From: an uncultured Holophagales bacterium | Lineage (GTDB): Bacteria > Acidobacteriota > Thermoanaerobaculia > Multivoradales > UBA5704 | Direction of reading: 5' to 3' | Length of the DNA stretch: 64,000 nt | Assembly: GCA_963842525.1 (NCBI GenBank) | Contig: CAWJGT010000020.1 | Coordinates: 32,001-96,000 of the forward strand | Shown: positions 33,122 through 47,615 of the stretch, one piece after another | How the letters are laid out: each line of letters opens with the position of its first letter | How positions within the stretch are numbered: the first letter of the stretch is position 1 | The notes under the pieces: model-generated | Database searches by the model: none | What the model was told of the DNA's origin: nothing | Seen by the model: the letters and a program-made list of their open reading frames with translations, nothing else | Position numbers and translations under genes: made by a program

Positions 33122-34690
33122 TCAAAGCCGCAGCACTCGGATCCTCCGTCCGCGGTGCTCGACCTCGTTTTCGGAGCAACGATCCGGGGCTGGCGGAGCC
33201 TCGGAGCGGCCGTCGAAGATGATCAGCGTGCCCGTGTCCAGGCCGAGCCGTTCGAGATAGCTGGAGAGCTGCTCGAGGCCCTGCTCCAGTGGATCGGGCC
33301 GGCCATCGCGCCAGACCTTGAGCTCCAGAGCCCAGCGCTGCATGCCGCCCGGATAGGGCCAGCGGATGTGGAGGTCGATACGTCCGCTGCCGACGGCGTA
33401 CTCCCGGTCGATGAAGCCTCCGCCATTGACGACCCGTTGGAGATAGGCCATGAAGACGAGCTGGGCCGCGGCCTCGGAGTAGGGTTGCCGCTGGAGGAAG
33501 AACTCGGCGTGCTCGCACCAGAAGGCGCGGAAATCGGCGAGCAGCTTCTCGAATCTCAGGGTGCCGTCCGGAGCGATGTAGGGCGCGCGAGGCACCGGCA
33601 GGGACTCCTGAACAACCCAGGCCAGAGCACGGGGTATCACCTCGCGGTAGATCGGGTTGGCGATCTCCAGGCCGGCGGGTCCGGACGTGACCAGGCCCAG
33701 GTCCTTGACGAACTGCATATCGTCTTCGAGCAAGTCCGGAGAGAGGAGCTCGCCGGCAAGGATCGGCTCCAGGACCCGGCGAACACGCGGCTCGCGCAGG
33801 CGGTCGATCAGGGAATCGAGATGGGTGTCCCGCCGCTCGATGAGCGCTTCCTTGGCTCGCTCGATATGGCTGGCTTCGATGGCGACGGTGCGATCCGGCA
33901 CCTCCTTGAGCACCGCCTGGCGCGCCAGGGCGTTCACCAGCCAGGGTTGGCCTCGCGTGAGCTCGTAGGCCAGGGACTTCGCTCCTTCGGTGAAGGCCTG
34001 CCCTGTCTCCTCTGTGTGCTGGTCGTAGAGCTCGGCCACCTCTTCCGCGTTAAAGTTGCGTATCGTGAGCGATTCGACCTTGATGTTGAAGGGAGATGAG
34101 GTGCCGAGGCTCTCCGACTCAGACCGCACGCGGATGCGGTAGTCCCGCACGTCCCGCAGGCCGACCAGAGCCACGGACTGGGGAAAGCTGCCAGGGCGGT
34201 CCGAATAGCCGGACCGGAGCTGGCGCAGGACTGACAGAAGAGTATCGTCCTGGAGGGCGTCGATCTCGTCCAGGAAGAGCACCACGGGCCGGGGGGAGCG
34301 TTGGCACCAGTGTGTGAGGTAGGTCAGGAACCGGGTCTCGGCATTGACAGCTTCGAAGCTCTCCACGGGCTCCGGCTGGATCTCAGGCGGGAGCGACCGC
34401 GCCCGTAAAGCAATAGACTGGAGCACCGCGGAGACTCCCTTGTCGATGTCGTTGCGAGCGGTCTGCCCGCTCTCGCAACTGGCATAGAGGGCAGCATAGC
34501 GGCCTTCAGCCGTCAATTTCCCGGCCAAGATCCGCACCGCTGTGGTCTTTCCCGTCTGGCGGGGTGCATGGAGGACGAAGTACAGCTCCTGGTCGATCAG
34601 CGCACGGACCTGGGGCAGCCGGCGCTCCGGCGGCAGCATGTAGTGCTTATCCGGATCGCAGGGACCGGCGGTATTGAAGAAGCGAGCCAT
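33122..34690 (-). CDS. AAA-like ATPase with C-terminal PD-(D/E)XK nuclease-like domain
   Basis: N-terminus MARFFNTAGPC; Walker A APRQTGKTT; Walker B VLFLDEID; C-terminal REY..GSGRIDL...ALELK. Confidence 0.85.
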   Translation of the reverse strand: MARFFNTAGPCDPDKHYMLPPERRLPQVRALIDQELYFVLHAPRQTGKTTAVRILAGKLTAEGRYAALYASCESGQTARNDIDKGVSAVLQSIALRARSLPPEIQPEPVESFEAVNAETRFLTYLTHWCQRSPRPVVLFLDEIDALQDDTLLSVLRQLRSGYSDRPGSFPQSVALVGLRDVRDYRIRVRSESESLGTSSPFNIKVESLTIRNFNAEEVAELYDQHTEETGQAFTEGAKSLAYELTRGQPWLVNALARQAVLKEVPDRTVAIEASHIERAKEALIERRDTHLDSLIDRLREPRVRRVLEPILAGELLSPDLLEDDMQFVKDLGLVTSGPAGLEIANPIYREVIPRALAWVVQESLPVPRAPYIAPDGTLRFEKLLADFRAFWCEHAEFFLQRQPYSEAAAQLVFMAYLQRVVNGGGFIDREYAVGSGRIDLHIRWPYPGGMQRWALELKVWRDGRPDPLEQGLEQLSSYLERLGLDTGTLIIFDGRSEAPPAPDRCSENEVEHRGRRIRVLRL

Positions 34691-34745
34691 GATCCGCAAC
34701 TGTAGCACCAGCCCTCCGGCATCAAACTGGCATAATACGCAGCGT

Positions 34746-35606
34746 ATGTACGACGAGCTGTTGGAAACCGCCCTGGCGGCTGCACAGGCCGGGGCCGAGG
34801 TGATCAAGCGCTGGTTCCGAGATGCGGATCTGGAGGTGCGGCGCAAGGGACAGAACGACTTCGTCACCCGGGCCGATCAGGAGAGCGAAGCAGCGGTCCT
34901 GGCCGAGATCCGCCGGCGCTATCCAGACCATGGCATCCTCGCCGAGGAAGGGACCGGCAACGAGGCCGTCCGCGGCAGCGACTACCAGTGGCTCGTGGAC
35001 CCGCTGGACGGCACCACCAACTTCCTCCAGGGGCTGCCGGTCTACTGCGTCTCGGTCGCCTGCCGCCGCGGCGACGAGCTGGCCGCCGCCGCCATCGTCG
35101 ATCCCGAGGGCGGCAACATGTTCACGGCCACCCGCGGCGGCGGGGCCTTCTGGAACGGCCGCCGGATGGAAGTCTCGCGCCAGGAGGGGCTCGACGGCTC
35201 CTTTCTCGCCACCGGCTATCCGTTCCGGGCGCTGCCCACGCTCGACGTCTACCTCGCCATCTTCCGCGATGTCTTTCTCCATTCCAAGGCCATCCGGCGC
35301 TGCGGCTCCGCGGCCCTCGACCTCGCCTACACCGCGGCGGGGGTCTACGATGGCTTCTTCGAATTCCGACTCTCGCCTTGGGACATCGGGGCCGGCATCC
35401 TGCTGATCCGCGAGGCCGGCGGGATGGTGACCGACCTCGACGGCGGCCACGCCTACTTCCGGAGCGGCAACATCCTGGCCGGCGGACCGGCCGTGCACGA
35501 GGGGCTCCTCGCCGTCGCGGCGCGCCATGCGAGCGAGGCCGAGATCGACCTGCTGAACCCGATCGCCAACCCCGTCGCGCCGGCCGCCTCCGTGGGGGCT
35601 CCATGA
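34746..35606 (+). CDS. suhB: Inositol monophosphatase family protein
   Basis: DFVTRADQESE, LAEE, WLVDPLDGTTNF, IRRCGSAALDLAY, WDIGAG. Confidence 0.92.
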   Translation: MYDELLETALAAAQAGAEVIKRWFRDADLEVRRKGQNDFVTRADQESEAAVLAEIRRRYPDHGILAEEGTGNEAVRGSDYQWLVDPLDGTTNFLQGLPVYCVSVACRRGDELAAAAIVDPEGGNMFTATRGGGAFWNGRRMEVSRQEGLDGSFLATGYPFRALPTLDVYLAIFRDVFLHSKAIRRCGSAALDLAYTAAGVYDGFFEFRLSPWDIGAGILLIREAGGMVTDLDGGHAYFRSGNILAGGPAVHEGLLAVAARHASEAEIDLLNPIANPVAPAASVGAP

Positions 35607-36685
35607 GGCTCTTCGGCCGCCGCTTCGAGCATGCCCCCACGCCCGAAGCGAGCTGGAGCCTCGAGGTCCAGATCCATCCCGGCGACATCCGCAAGCGGGT
35701 CCGCTATCTCTTCCTCTCGCGGATCCAGGTCACCCTCCTGTCGATCGTCGCTCTGACCTATCTGTTCCTTCTGGCCTTCACCGCCGCGGTCGCTCCCGGC
35801 GTCGTCGGCGGCATGCTGAACCGCCACGAATACCAGGCCCTGGCTGTCGAGCGCGCCCGCCAGGGAGAGCGGGTCCAGGCCCTCGTCGAACGCCTGGAGC
35901 GCCTCGCGGAGCGCACCGACGGTTTGCGCCAGCAGATGGACAAGATCTTCCTCGCCTATGGCGTGCCCCAGGGCCGGGCCGCCGGCCAGGGAGGTTTTCC
36001 TTTTACGGCGGCGCCGGTGCCCGCATCCATCTACTCCCAGGCGATCCAGCAGGGCAACCGCGTACGTGCCCGCGCCGGCGAGCGGCTGACGGTGCTCGAG
36101 AGCTATCTGACCGAGCTGCGACAGTTCGAGCGTGAGCACCCGGACCAGGTGCGTGCGACACCATCGGTCTCCCCGCTGCGTGGGGACTTCGTGCTGATCA
36201 GCTCTTTCCGCACCCGCCGCAGCCCCTTCACCGGCGAGCTCGACTTCCACACCGGGTTCGACCTCGCCGCTCCGCTCGGCACTCCAATCCACGCTCCCGC
36301 CGACGGGATCGTCTCCTTCGCGGGCCTCTATCCCATGGGGCGCAGCGCGGCCTGGTGGCGCTACGGCAACCTCGTGGCCCTGCGTCATGGCGACATCTTC
36401 GTGACCGTGTTCGGCCATTGCGAGGAGATCCGCGTCCGCCCCGGCCAGAGGGTGAGCCGCGGCGACGTCATCGCCACGGTGGGCAACACCGGCTGGAGCA
36501 CGAGCCCGCACGTTCACTACGAGATCCGCCGCCAAGGGGCGGACGGGGAATTCCGGCCGATCGATCCGGTGGTCCACATCCTGGATCACCACTGGCAGAA
36601 CGAGGACGACCGGTCACTCCTGCGTGCGCGGAGCGGCCCCCTCCGCAGCGGCTACGAGCCACTGCCGCCCGGATTCGCGAAATGA
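35603..36685 (+). CDS. M23 family peptidase with N-terminal TM segment and coiled coil
   Basis: HTGFD (HxxxD), YGNLVALRH, GNTGWSTSPHVHYEI; ATGA-coupled to suhB. Confidence 0.9.
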   Translation: MRLFGRRFEHAPTPEASWSLEVQIHPGDIRKRVRYLFLSRIQVTLLSIVALTYLFLLAFTAAVAPGVVGGMLNRHEYQALAVERARQGERVQALVERLERLAERTDGLRQQMDKIFLAYGVPQGRAAGQGGFPFTAAPVPASIYSQAIQQGNRVRARAGERLTVLESYLTELRQFEREHPDQVRATPSVSPLRGDFVLISSFRTRRSPFTGELDFHTGFDLAAPLGTPIHAPADGIVSFAGLYPMGRSAAWWRYGNLVALRHGDIFVTVFGHCEEIRVRPGQRVSRGDVIATVGNTGWSTSPHVHYEIRRQGADGEFRPIDPVVHILDHHWQNEDDRSLLRARSGPLRSGYEPLPPGFAK

Positions 36686-37482
36686 GGGCTCCTGCCGACG
36701 ACGTCGCGCCGACGATGCTCATCCCCCGGGGCACCCGGATCGAGCTGGACGCCGACGGACAGCTCTCGATCCACGCCCCCGGCAACCTGGTGGTCCAGAG
36801 CTCGGGCAAGTACGGAACCCTGGAGTCCATGACCGGTTCGATCCGCATCGACCGCGGGGCCGAGGTCGAAGCTGTGACGGTCCGCTGCGCCGACACCTGT
36901 TATGTGCAGGGATTCCTGACCGCCTGGAAGGTCTCCGCCCGGTCGCTCCAGCTCGAGGGCTCGGCGCGCGCCCACGTGGTCCTCCAGGAAACGCAGCGTC
37001 TGGAGATCGGCCGGGACGCGCGGCTGGTGGGCAATTTTTCCTCCGAGAAGGAACTCTTCGGCCTCTTCTCCCGCTTCGCCCATCAGCTCCGTTCGATCCC
37101 GCTCTTCTTCGACCGGCGGCAGGCCCCGGCCGAGCTGCCCCCCGCGCGCGAGGACCAGCGCGGGGAGCGCAGTGATCGCCACGATCGGAACGATGAGACG
37201 ATTGACATCCGGCCGCCGGGCAAGCCGGCCTCGCAACTTCCGGAGCCGCTCCTGCTCGCCATGGTCCTCCTCGAGCGCGAGGCCGAGCGCCGGATCCATC
37301 CCATCGCCGCCCAGCGTGCCCTCGACCAGCTCATCGAGCTCCTCCAGCAGCAGGACCTCGACACCCTGGAGCACACCTGGCGCCTCCTCTTCCGCCGCAT
37401 CGCCGAGCCCCGCGAGCACGTCAAGCGGGCCTACGAGCTGGTGGGGGAGCACTACGCGGACGCCTCGGCCCAGGGCAGCTAG
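36682..37482 (+). CDS. Hypothetical protein with N-terminal beta-helix/bactofilin-like region
   Basis: ATGA-coupled to the M23 gene. Repeating beta-strand pattern (LIPRGTRI...GSIRIDRGAEVE...VQGFL...LEIGRDARLVGNF). Confidence 0.6.
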   Translation: MRAPADDVAPTMLIPRGTRIELDADGQLSIHAPGNLVVQSSGKYGTLESMTGSIRIDRGAEVEAVTVRCADTCYVQGFLTAWKVSARSLQLEGSARAHVVLQETQRLEIGRDARLVGNFSSEKELFGLFSRFAHQLRSIPLFFDRRQAPAELPPAREDQRGERSDRHDRNDETIDIRPPGKPASQLPEPLLLAMVLLEREAERRIHPIAAQRALDQLIELLQQQDLDTLEHTWRLLFRRIAEPREHVKRAYELVGEHYADASAQGS

Positions 37483-37609
37483 GATCCGGCGTACCCGCTG
37501 ACACCCGCTGACTACCGGGCTGGAGAACGCATCCCCGGCCTGCTAGACTCTGCCGGCTCCACCCGAGCCGGCTTCCTGGACGTGGTTTCCCATTTGAGAG
37601 GAGCTCCTG

Positions 37610-38476
37610 ATGAGTGACATTTGTATCGGTGTGATCGGCGGCAGCGGTCTGTACGCCATGGAAGGGCTGCAGGTCCGGGAGGAGAGGCGCATCACGACGC
37701 CGTTCGGCGATCCCTCCGACGCTTATGTCATCGGCGAGCTCGAAGGGCGGCTGGTCGCTTTCCTGCCCCGCCACGGCCGCGGCCACCGGCTCTTGCCCAC
37801 CGAGCTCAACTACCGGGCGAACGTCTTCGGTTTCAAGCTCCTGGGCGTCGAGCAGATCGTCTCGGTCTCCGCCGTGGGCTCGATGAAGATCGAATACAAG
37901 CCGACCGACATCGTCGTCCCCGACCAGTTCTTCGACCGCACCCGGCACCGCCAGGACACCTTCTTCGGCAACGGCCTGGTTGCCCACGTCTCCCTGGCGC
38001 GGCCGATCTGCCCGCGGCTGATCGACCCGTTCGTCGACGCGGCCCGCGCCGCCGGCGCCACGGTCCACCGCGGCGGCACCTACCTCAATATGGAGGGGCC
38101 GCAGTTCTCGACCCGGGCCGAGTCGGAGATCTACCGCCAGTGGGGGATCGACATCATCGGCATGACCAACCTGACCGAGGCGCGCCTCGCCCGCGAGGCC
38201 GAGATCTGCTACGCCACGCTCGCCATGGTCACCGACTACGACTGCTGGCACGAGCACGAGGTCACCGGCCAGGAGGTCATGCAGGTGGTGGCCCAGAACG
38301 TGAAAATGTCGCAGGAGGTGGTGCGGCAGATCGTCAGCCGCATCCCGGAAGAGCGGCCGGCCGACTGCCTGTGCGCCAGGGCTCTCGCAGAGTCGCTCAT
38401 CACGGAGCGGTCCCTGATCCCCGAGGAGACGAAGCGGTCTCTCCAGCCCCTCATCGGGAGGTACATCCCGGTTTGA
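37610..38476 (+). CDS. mtnP: S-methyl-5'-thioadenosine phosphorylase
   Basis: IGVIGGSG, TPFGDPS, LPRHG, SAVGS, EGPQFSTRAES, GMT, VTDYDCW. Confidence 0.95.
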   Translation: MSDICIGVIGGSGLYAMEGLQVREERRITTPFGDPSDAYVIGELEGRLVAFLPRHGRGHRLLPTELNYRANVFGFKLLGVEQIVSVSAVGSMKIEYKPTDIVVPDQFFDRTRHRQDTFFGNGLVAHVSLARPICPRLIDPFVDAARAAGATVHRGGTYLNMEGPQFSTRAESEIYRQWGIDIIGMTNLTEARLAREAEICYATLAMVTDYDCWHEHEVTGQEVMQVVAQNVKMSQEVVRQIVSRIPEERPADCLCARALAESLITERSLIPEETKRSLQPLIGRYIPV

Positions 38477-39279
38477 CCCGCATCCTGGTGACCAACGACG
38501 ACGGGATCTTCTCCGAAGGGATCCGCTGCCTGGCCGAGGCGCTGGCCGAGCTGGCGGAGGTCGTCGTCGTGGCGCCCGACCGCGAGCAGAGCGCCACGGG
38601 CCATGCCCTCACCCTGTCGCGGCCCCTGCGCATGCAGAAGGTCCGCGAGAGCTGGTACGCGGTGGACGGCACGCCCACCGACTGCGTCAACCTGGGCGTC
38701 CTCGGGCTGCTCAAGGAGAAACGGCCGGACTTCGTGGCCTCCGGCATCAACTTCGGGCCGAACCTGGGCGACGACGTGACCTATTCGGGTACGGTGAGCG
38801 CCACGTTCGAAGGGACGCTCCTGGGCATTCCCTCGGTCGCCTTCAGCCAGGAGATCTCGGAGGGGTTCTCGTTCGGCCCCGCGGCGGTGTTTGCGCGCGA
38901 CCTCTTCCGCATCCTGATCGAGACCAAAGAGGAGCTGCCGCGCGACCTGCTGCTCAACGTCAACGTCCCGGCCGGCGGCATCCGCGGCGTGCGCTTCACC
39001 CGGCTGGGGCGGCGGGTCTACAAGCAGTCGGTCATCGAGAAGCTCGACCCGCGCGGTCGCAAGTACTACTGGATTCATGGCGTGCCGCAATGGGAGCAGG
39101 CCAGCGGCACCGATTTCGAGGCCATCTCGCTCGGCCACGCCTCGGTGACACCGCTCCATCTCGACCTCACCTACTACCCCGGCCTGGAGAGCTTCGCCCA
39201 CCTCCACGAGAAGCTCTCCGGCCTCCGCTTCGCGGACTACGGGCCCGCCGGCTCGGAGCCGGCCCGCCGGTCCGAATGA
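38473..39279 (+). CDS. surE: 5'/3'-nucleotidase SurE (TTG start)
   Basis: ILVTNDDG, VVAPDREQS, GTPTDCV, SGINFGPNLGDDVTYSGTV. Confidence 0.95.
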   Translation: MTRILVTNDDGIFSEGIRCLAEALAELAEVVVVAPDREQSATGHALTLSRPLRMQKVRESWYAVDGTPTDCVNLGVLGLLKEKRPDFVASGINFGPNLGDDVTYSGTVSATFEGTLLGIPSVAFSQEISEGFSFGPAAVFARDLFRILIETKEELPRDLLLNVNVPAGGIRGVRFTRLGRRVYKQSVIEKLDPRGRKYYWIHGVPQWEQASGTDFEAISLGHASVTPLHLDLTYYPGLESFAHLHEKLSGLRFADYGPAGSEPARRSE

Positions 39280-39283
39280 GCCG

Positions 39284-39943
39284 ATGAGCGACCCTTTCGC
39301 CGTCCAGCGCGAGCGGATGGTGCGCGACCTGATCGCCGCCCGGGGCGTCAAGGACGAGCGGGTCCTCGGGGCGCTCCGTTGGGCGCCGCGGCACCTGTTC
39401 GTCAAGGACCACCTGCAGCGCCAGGCCTACGGCGACCACGCACTGCCGATCGGCGCCGGGCAGACGATCTCGCAGCCCTATATCGTGGCGCGCATGACCG
39501 AGCTGCTGGAGGTCAGCCCGGAGCATTCCGTGCTGGAGATCGGCACCGGCTCGGGCTATCAAACGGCCGTCCTCGCCCGGCTCGCGCGCTGGGTCTACAG
39601 CCTGGAGCGCATTCCCGAGCTGGCTCGCGACGCGATCCCGCGCATGCGCCAGCTCGGCCTCGCCAACGTCAAGATCCAGGTCTTCGACGGCACGGTGGGA
39701 TGGAGCGAGTGGGCGCCCTACGACCGCATCCTGGTGACGGCCGGAGCTCCCAAGGTGCCGGAGCCGCTCCTCGGGCAGCTCGCTCCCGGCGGCGTCCTGC
39801 TCGTCCCCGAAGGGCCGTTCAACGCCCAGAAGCTCGTGGTCTACCGCAAGTCGGCCCGCGGCGGCATGCGGCGCAGCGAAGGGGAGGACGTGGCCTTCGT
39901 GCCGCTGCTCGGCCGCCACGGCTGGAAGGAGCCGCCGAAATGA
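39284..39943 (+). CDS. pcm: Protein-L-isoaspartate O-methyltransferase
   Basis: GQTISQPYIVA, VLEIGTGSGYQ, APYDRILVTA, FVPL; follows surE. Confidence 0.95.
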   Translation: MSDPFAVQRERMVRDLIAARGVKDERVLGALRWAPRHLFVKDHLQRQAYGDHALPIGAGQTISQPYIVARMTELLEVSPEHSVLEIGTGSGYQTAVLARLARWVYSLERIPELARDAIPRMRQLGLANVKIQVFDGTVGWSEWAPYDRILVTAGAPKVPEPLLGQLAPGGVLLVPEGPFNAQKLVVYRKSARGGMRRSEGEDVAFVPLLGRHGWKEPPK

Positions 39944-40212
39944 GGGCGGTCCGTCTGGTGCTCCGCGGGCGTGTGCAAGGAGTGGGCTTTCGCTGGTTCA
40001 CCCGCCACGCGGCCCGCGAGTTGGGGATCGCGGGCCGGGTGCGCAACCTGCCGGACGGGGCGGTGGAGGTGCACGCCGCCGCCGACCCGGAGACGCTGGC
40101 ACAGTTCGTCGAACGGCTGCGCGAAGGGCCGCCGGGCTCGCGGGTCACCGCCGTCGACGAGCAGGAGCTGGCCACCGTCCCCGACGGGGACGGCTTCGAT
40201 ATTGAACGCTAG
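39940..40212 (+). CDS. acyP: Acylphosphatase
   Basis: GRVQGVGFR, VRNLPDGAVEV. Confidence 0.92.
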   Translation: MRAVRLVLRGRVQGVGFRWFTRHAARELGIAGRVRNLPDGAVEVHAAADPETLAQFVERLREGPPGSRVTAVDEQELATVPDGDGFDIER

Positions 40213-40229
40213 AGGACCGCTAGAGGGAG

Positions 40230-40760
40230 ATGGAGAGTATGGACGACCTGAAGAAGCACATCCGCGAGGTGCCGGACTTCCCGAAGCCGGGCATCCTCTT
40301 CTACGACATCACCACCCTGCTGCAGCACCCGCTGGCGCTGCGCAAGACGGTCGACCAGTTCGTCTGGTTTTTCTCCGAGAGGAACATCGACAAGGTCGTC
40401 GGCATCGAGTCCCGCGGCTTCATGTTCGGGCCCATCGTGGCCTACGACCTGAACGCCGGCTTCGTGCCGGTGCGCAAGCCGGGCAAGCTGCCGTGGGAGA
40501 AGATCCGCGAGACGTACGAGCTCGAGTACGGCAACGACACCCTGGAGATGCACCGCGATGCCATCCAGCCGGGGGAGCACGTGCTGGTCGTCGACGACCT
40601 GGTGGCGACCGGCGGCACGGCGCTCGCCACGGCGCGCATGGTCGAGAAGCTCGGCGGCAAGGTCGCAGGCTTCGGTTTCATCGTCGAGCTGACGTTCCTC
40701 GACGGGCGCAAAAAGCTGGAGGCGGCAGGATACGAGGTCGCTTCGCTGATTCAGTATTGA
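40230..40760 (+). CDS. apt: Adenine phosphoribosyltransferase (start may be 40239)
   Basis: [41 protein letters not shown]. Confidence 0.95.
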   Translation: MESMDDLKKHIREVPDFPKPGILFYDITTLLQHPLALRKTVDQFVWFFSERNIDKVVGIESRGFMFGPIVAYDLNAGFVPVRKPGKLPWEKIRETYELEYGNDTLEMHRDAIQPGEHVLVVDDLVATGGTALATARMVEKLGGKVAGFGFIVELTFLDGRKKLEAAGYEVASLIQY

Positions 40761-40802
40761 CGATGCAAAGCGGACGAGGGAAGGCGCCGGAGGCGGTTGG
40801 GT

Positions 40803-40808
40803 TATAAT
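40803..40808 (+). promoter_or_regulatory. Probable -10 box of the tRNA promoter
   Basis: TATAAT 13 nt upstream of the tRNA, followed by a GC-rich stretch; no clear -35. Confidence 0.5.
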
Positions 40809-40821
40809 CCCGGCCGCCTGT

Positions 40822-40898
40822 GCGGCTATAGCTCAGGTGGACAGAGCAGGAGTTTCCTAAACTCTTGGTCGGGGGTTCGAGTCCTCCTAGCCGCACCA
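40822..40898 (+). tRNA. tRNA-Arg (anticodon CCT)
   Basis: Acceptor stem GCGGCTA/TAGCCGC, D arm GCTC..GAGC, anticodon loop TTCCTAA, T loop TTCGAGT, encoded CCA. Confidence 0.96.
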
Positions 40899-40953
40899 AT
40901 CCTGACGCTTCGGCCCTGTTCCAAGACAGGACAACTTTTCGGGAGTCTGTTTG

Positions 40954-41739
40954 ATGAGCCAACGTCTGACCCGCAAGGAGATCAAGCGCGACGAATTCAC
41001 GTCCGTCATGGGACGGGGTGTCGAGTATGCCGAGACCCACATCCGGACGATGATGCTCGCGATCGGCGCTGTCGTTGCCGCCGTCTTGATCAGTTTCGTG
41101 ATCTACCTCCTCCTCGGCATGCGTTCCGAGAAGGCCAACGAGGCCCTGGCGCGCGCGATCAAGGTCTATAACGCGCCGGTCGAAGCCACCGGTGCAAAGC
41201 CGGACGATCCGAAGTCCCCGAGCTTCGCCGACGAAGCGGCCCGGACGGCACGCGCCAAGGCGCTGTTCGAGGCGGTCCGCGACGACTATGGCATGAGCGA
41301 CGCGGCCGATGTGGCAGGCCTCTACCTCGCCCAGGTCGCGGTGTCCGAAGGCAATCTCGACCAGGCGCGCAAGCTGTGGACCGACTTCGTGGACGACCAC
41401 GGCGACAGCCTCCTCGCCGGCGAGGCGCGGATCAACCTGATCCACCTCGACCGCCAACAGGGCAAGGGGCAGGACCTGGCCCAGCGTCTCAAGACGATGC
41501 TGGAGGAGCAGGAGCCGCCGCTGCCCAAGGACGTGCTCTTGAACGAGCTGGGCCAGACCCTCGAGCAGCTCGGCCGCCGGGAGGAGGCCGCCCAGGCGTA
41601 CCGCCAGATCGTCGACGACTACCCGCAGTCCCGCTACCGCGGCGAGGCGCAGCAGAAGCTCTCCGCTCTCGATCCCACGCGGGCCGGGGGCGGCGCCGGC
41701 ACCCCCATGCAGGCGATCCCCGGCTTCCCGGGCTCCTGA
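40954..41739 (+). CDS. Membrane-anchored TPR protein (YfgM-like)
   Basis: RLTRKEIKRDEF, one TM segment, TPR helices ending in YRQIVDDYPQS. Confidence 0.8.
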   Translation: MSQRLTRKEIKRDEFTSVMGRGVEYAETHIRTMMLAIGAVVAAVLISFVIYLLLGMRSEKANEALARAIKVYNAPVEATGAKPDDPKSPSFADEAARTARAKALFEAVRDDYGMSDAADVAGLYLAQVAVSEGNLDQARKLWTDFVDDHGDSLLAGEARINLIHLDRQQGKGQDLAQRLKTMLEEQEPPLPKDVLLNELGQTLEQLGRREEAAQAYRQIVDDYPQSRYRGEAQQKLSALDPTRAGGGAGTPMQAIPGFPGS

Positions 41740-41756
41740 CCGCGGCAAGCGGCAAG

Positions 41757-43043
<1,287 letters not shown>

Positions 43044-43080
43044 ACGCCGCACTCCTCCGACCCCCGCTACGGCACATTTT

Positions 43081-43455
43081 TCAGCCCCTTCCCAGCAGGT
43101 GCTCCGCGAATGCCCGGTCGCTGGGCGCCAGGTCGTAGGTGGGTAGCTCCTCGGGGAGGACCCAGGCGAGGGCCGAGTGCTCCAGGGCGATCGGCTCGCC
43201 GGCGATCTCGACGGGGTGGAATTCGACGATGAAGGCCGAGCCGGGGTCCGGCACGGAGAGGAGCAGCTCGCCCATCGCGGTCATCTCGACCCCCAGCTCC
43301 TCGGCCAGCTCGCGACGGGCGGCGTCGAACATCGATTCGCCGGGCAGGAGCTTGCCGCCGGGAAACTCCCAGAGGCCCGCATGCCGCTTGCCCGGCGGGC
43401 GCCGGCAGAGGAGCAGGCGTCCGTTCCTTTCGATCACGGCGGCAACGACCTTCAT
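43081..43455 (-). CDS. NUDIX hydrolase, MutT/NudG-like
   Basis: WEFPGGK...ARRELAEELG Nudix box. Confidence 0.9.
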   Translation of the reverse strand: MKVVAAVIERNGRLLLCRRPPGKRHAGLWEFPGGKLLPGESMFDAARRELAEELGVEMTAMGELLLSVPDPGSAFIVEFHPVEIAGEPIALEHSALAWVLPEELPTYDLAPSDRAFAEHLLGRG

Positions 43456-43541
43456 GACATCCTCAAGAATCTTGGCATCCCTCTCGCAAGCACTCTATCG
43501 TTCGCCGTACACCGAGAGGAGCTTGCCGGAGAGGACACGCA

Positions 43542-47611
<4,070 letters not shown>

Positions 47612-47615
<4 letters not shown>

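Noticed and set aside
37483-37609. Riboswitch upstream of mtnP
   Set aside because: Only a 10-bp tandem (acccgctgac x2) and one hairpin (gccggctc/gagccggc); no SAM/SAH consensus recognised.
40822-40953. Integrative element at tRNA-Arg
   Set aside because: No integrase and no duplicated tRNA 3' end seen.
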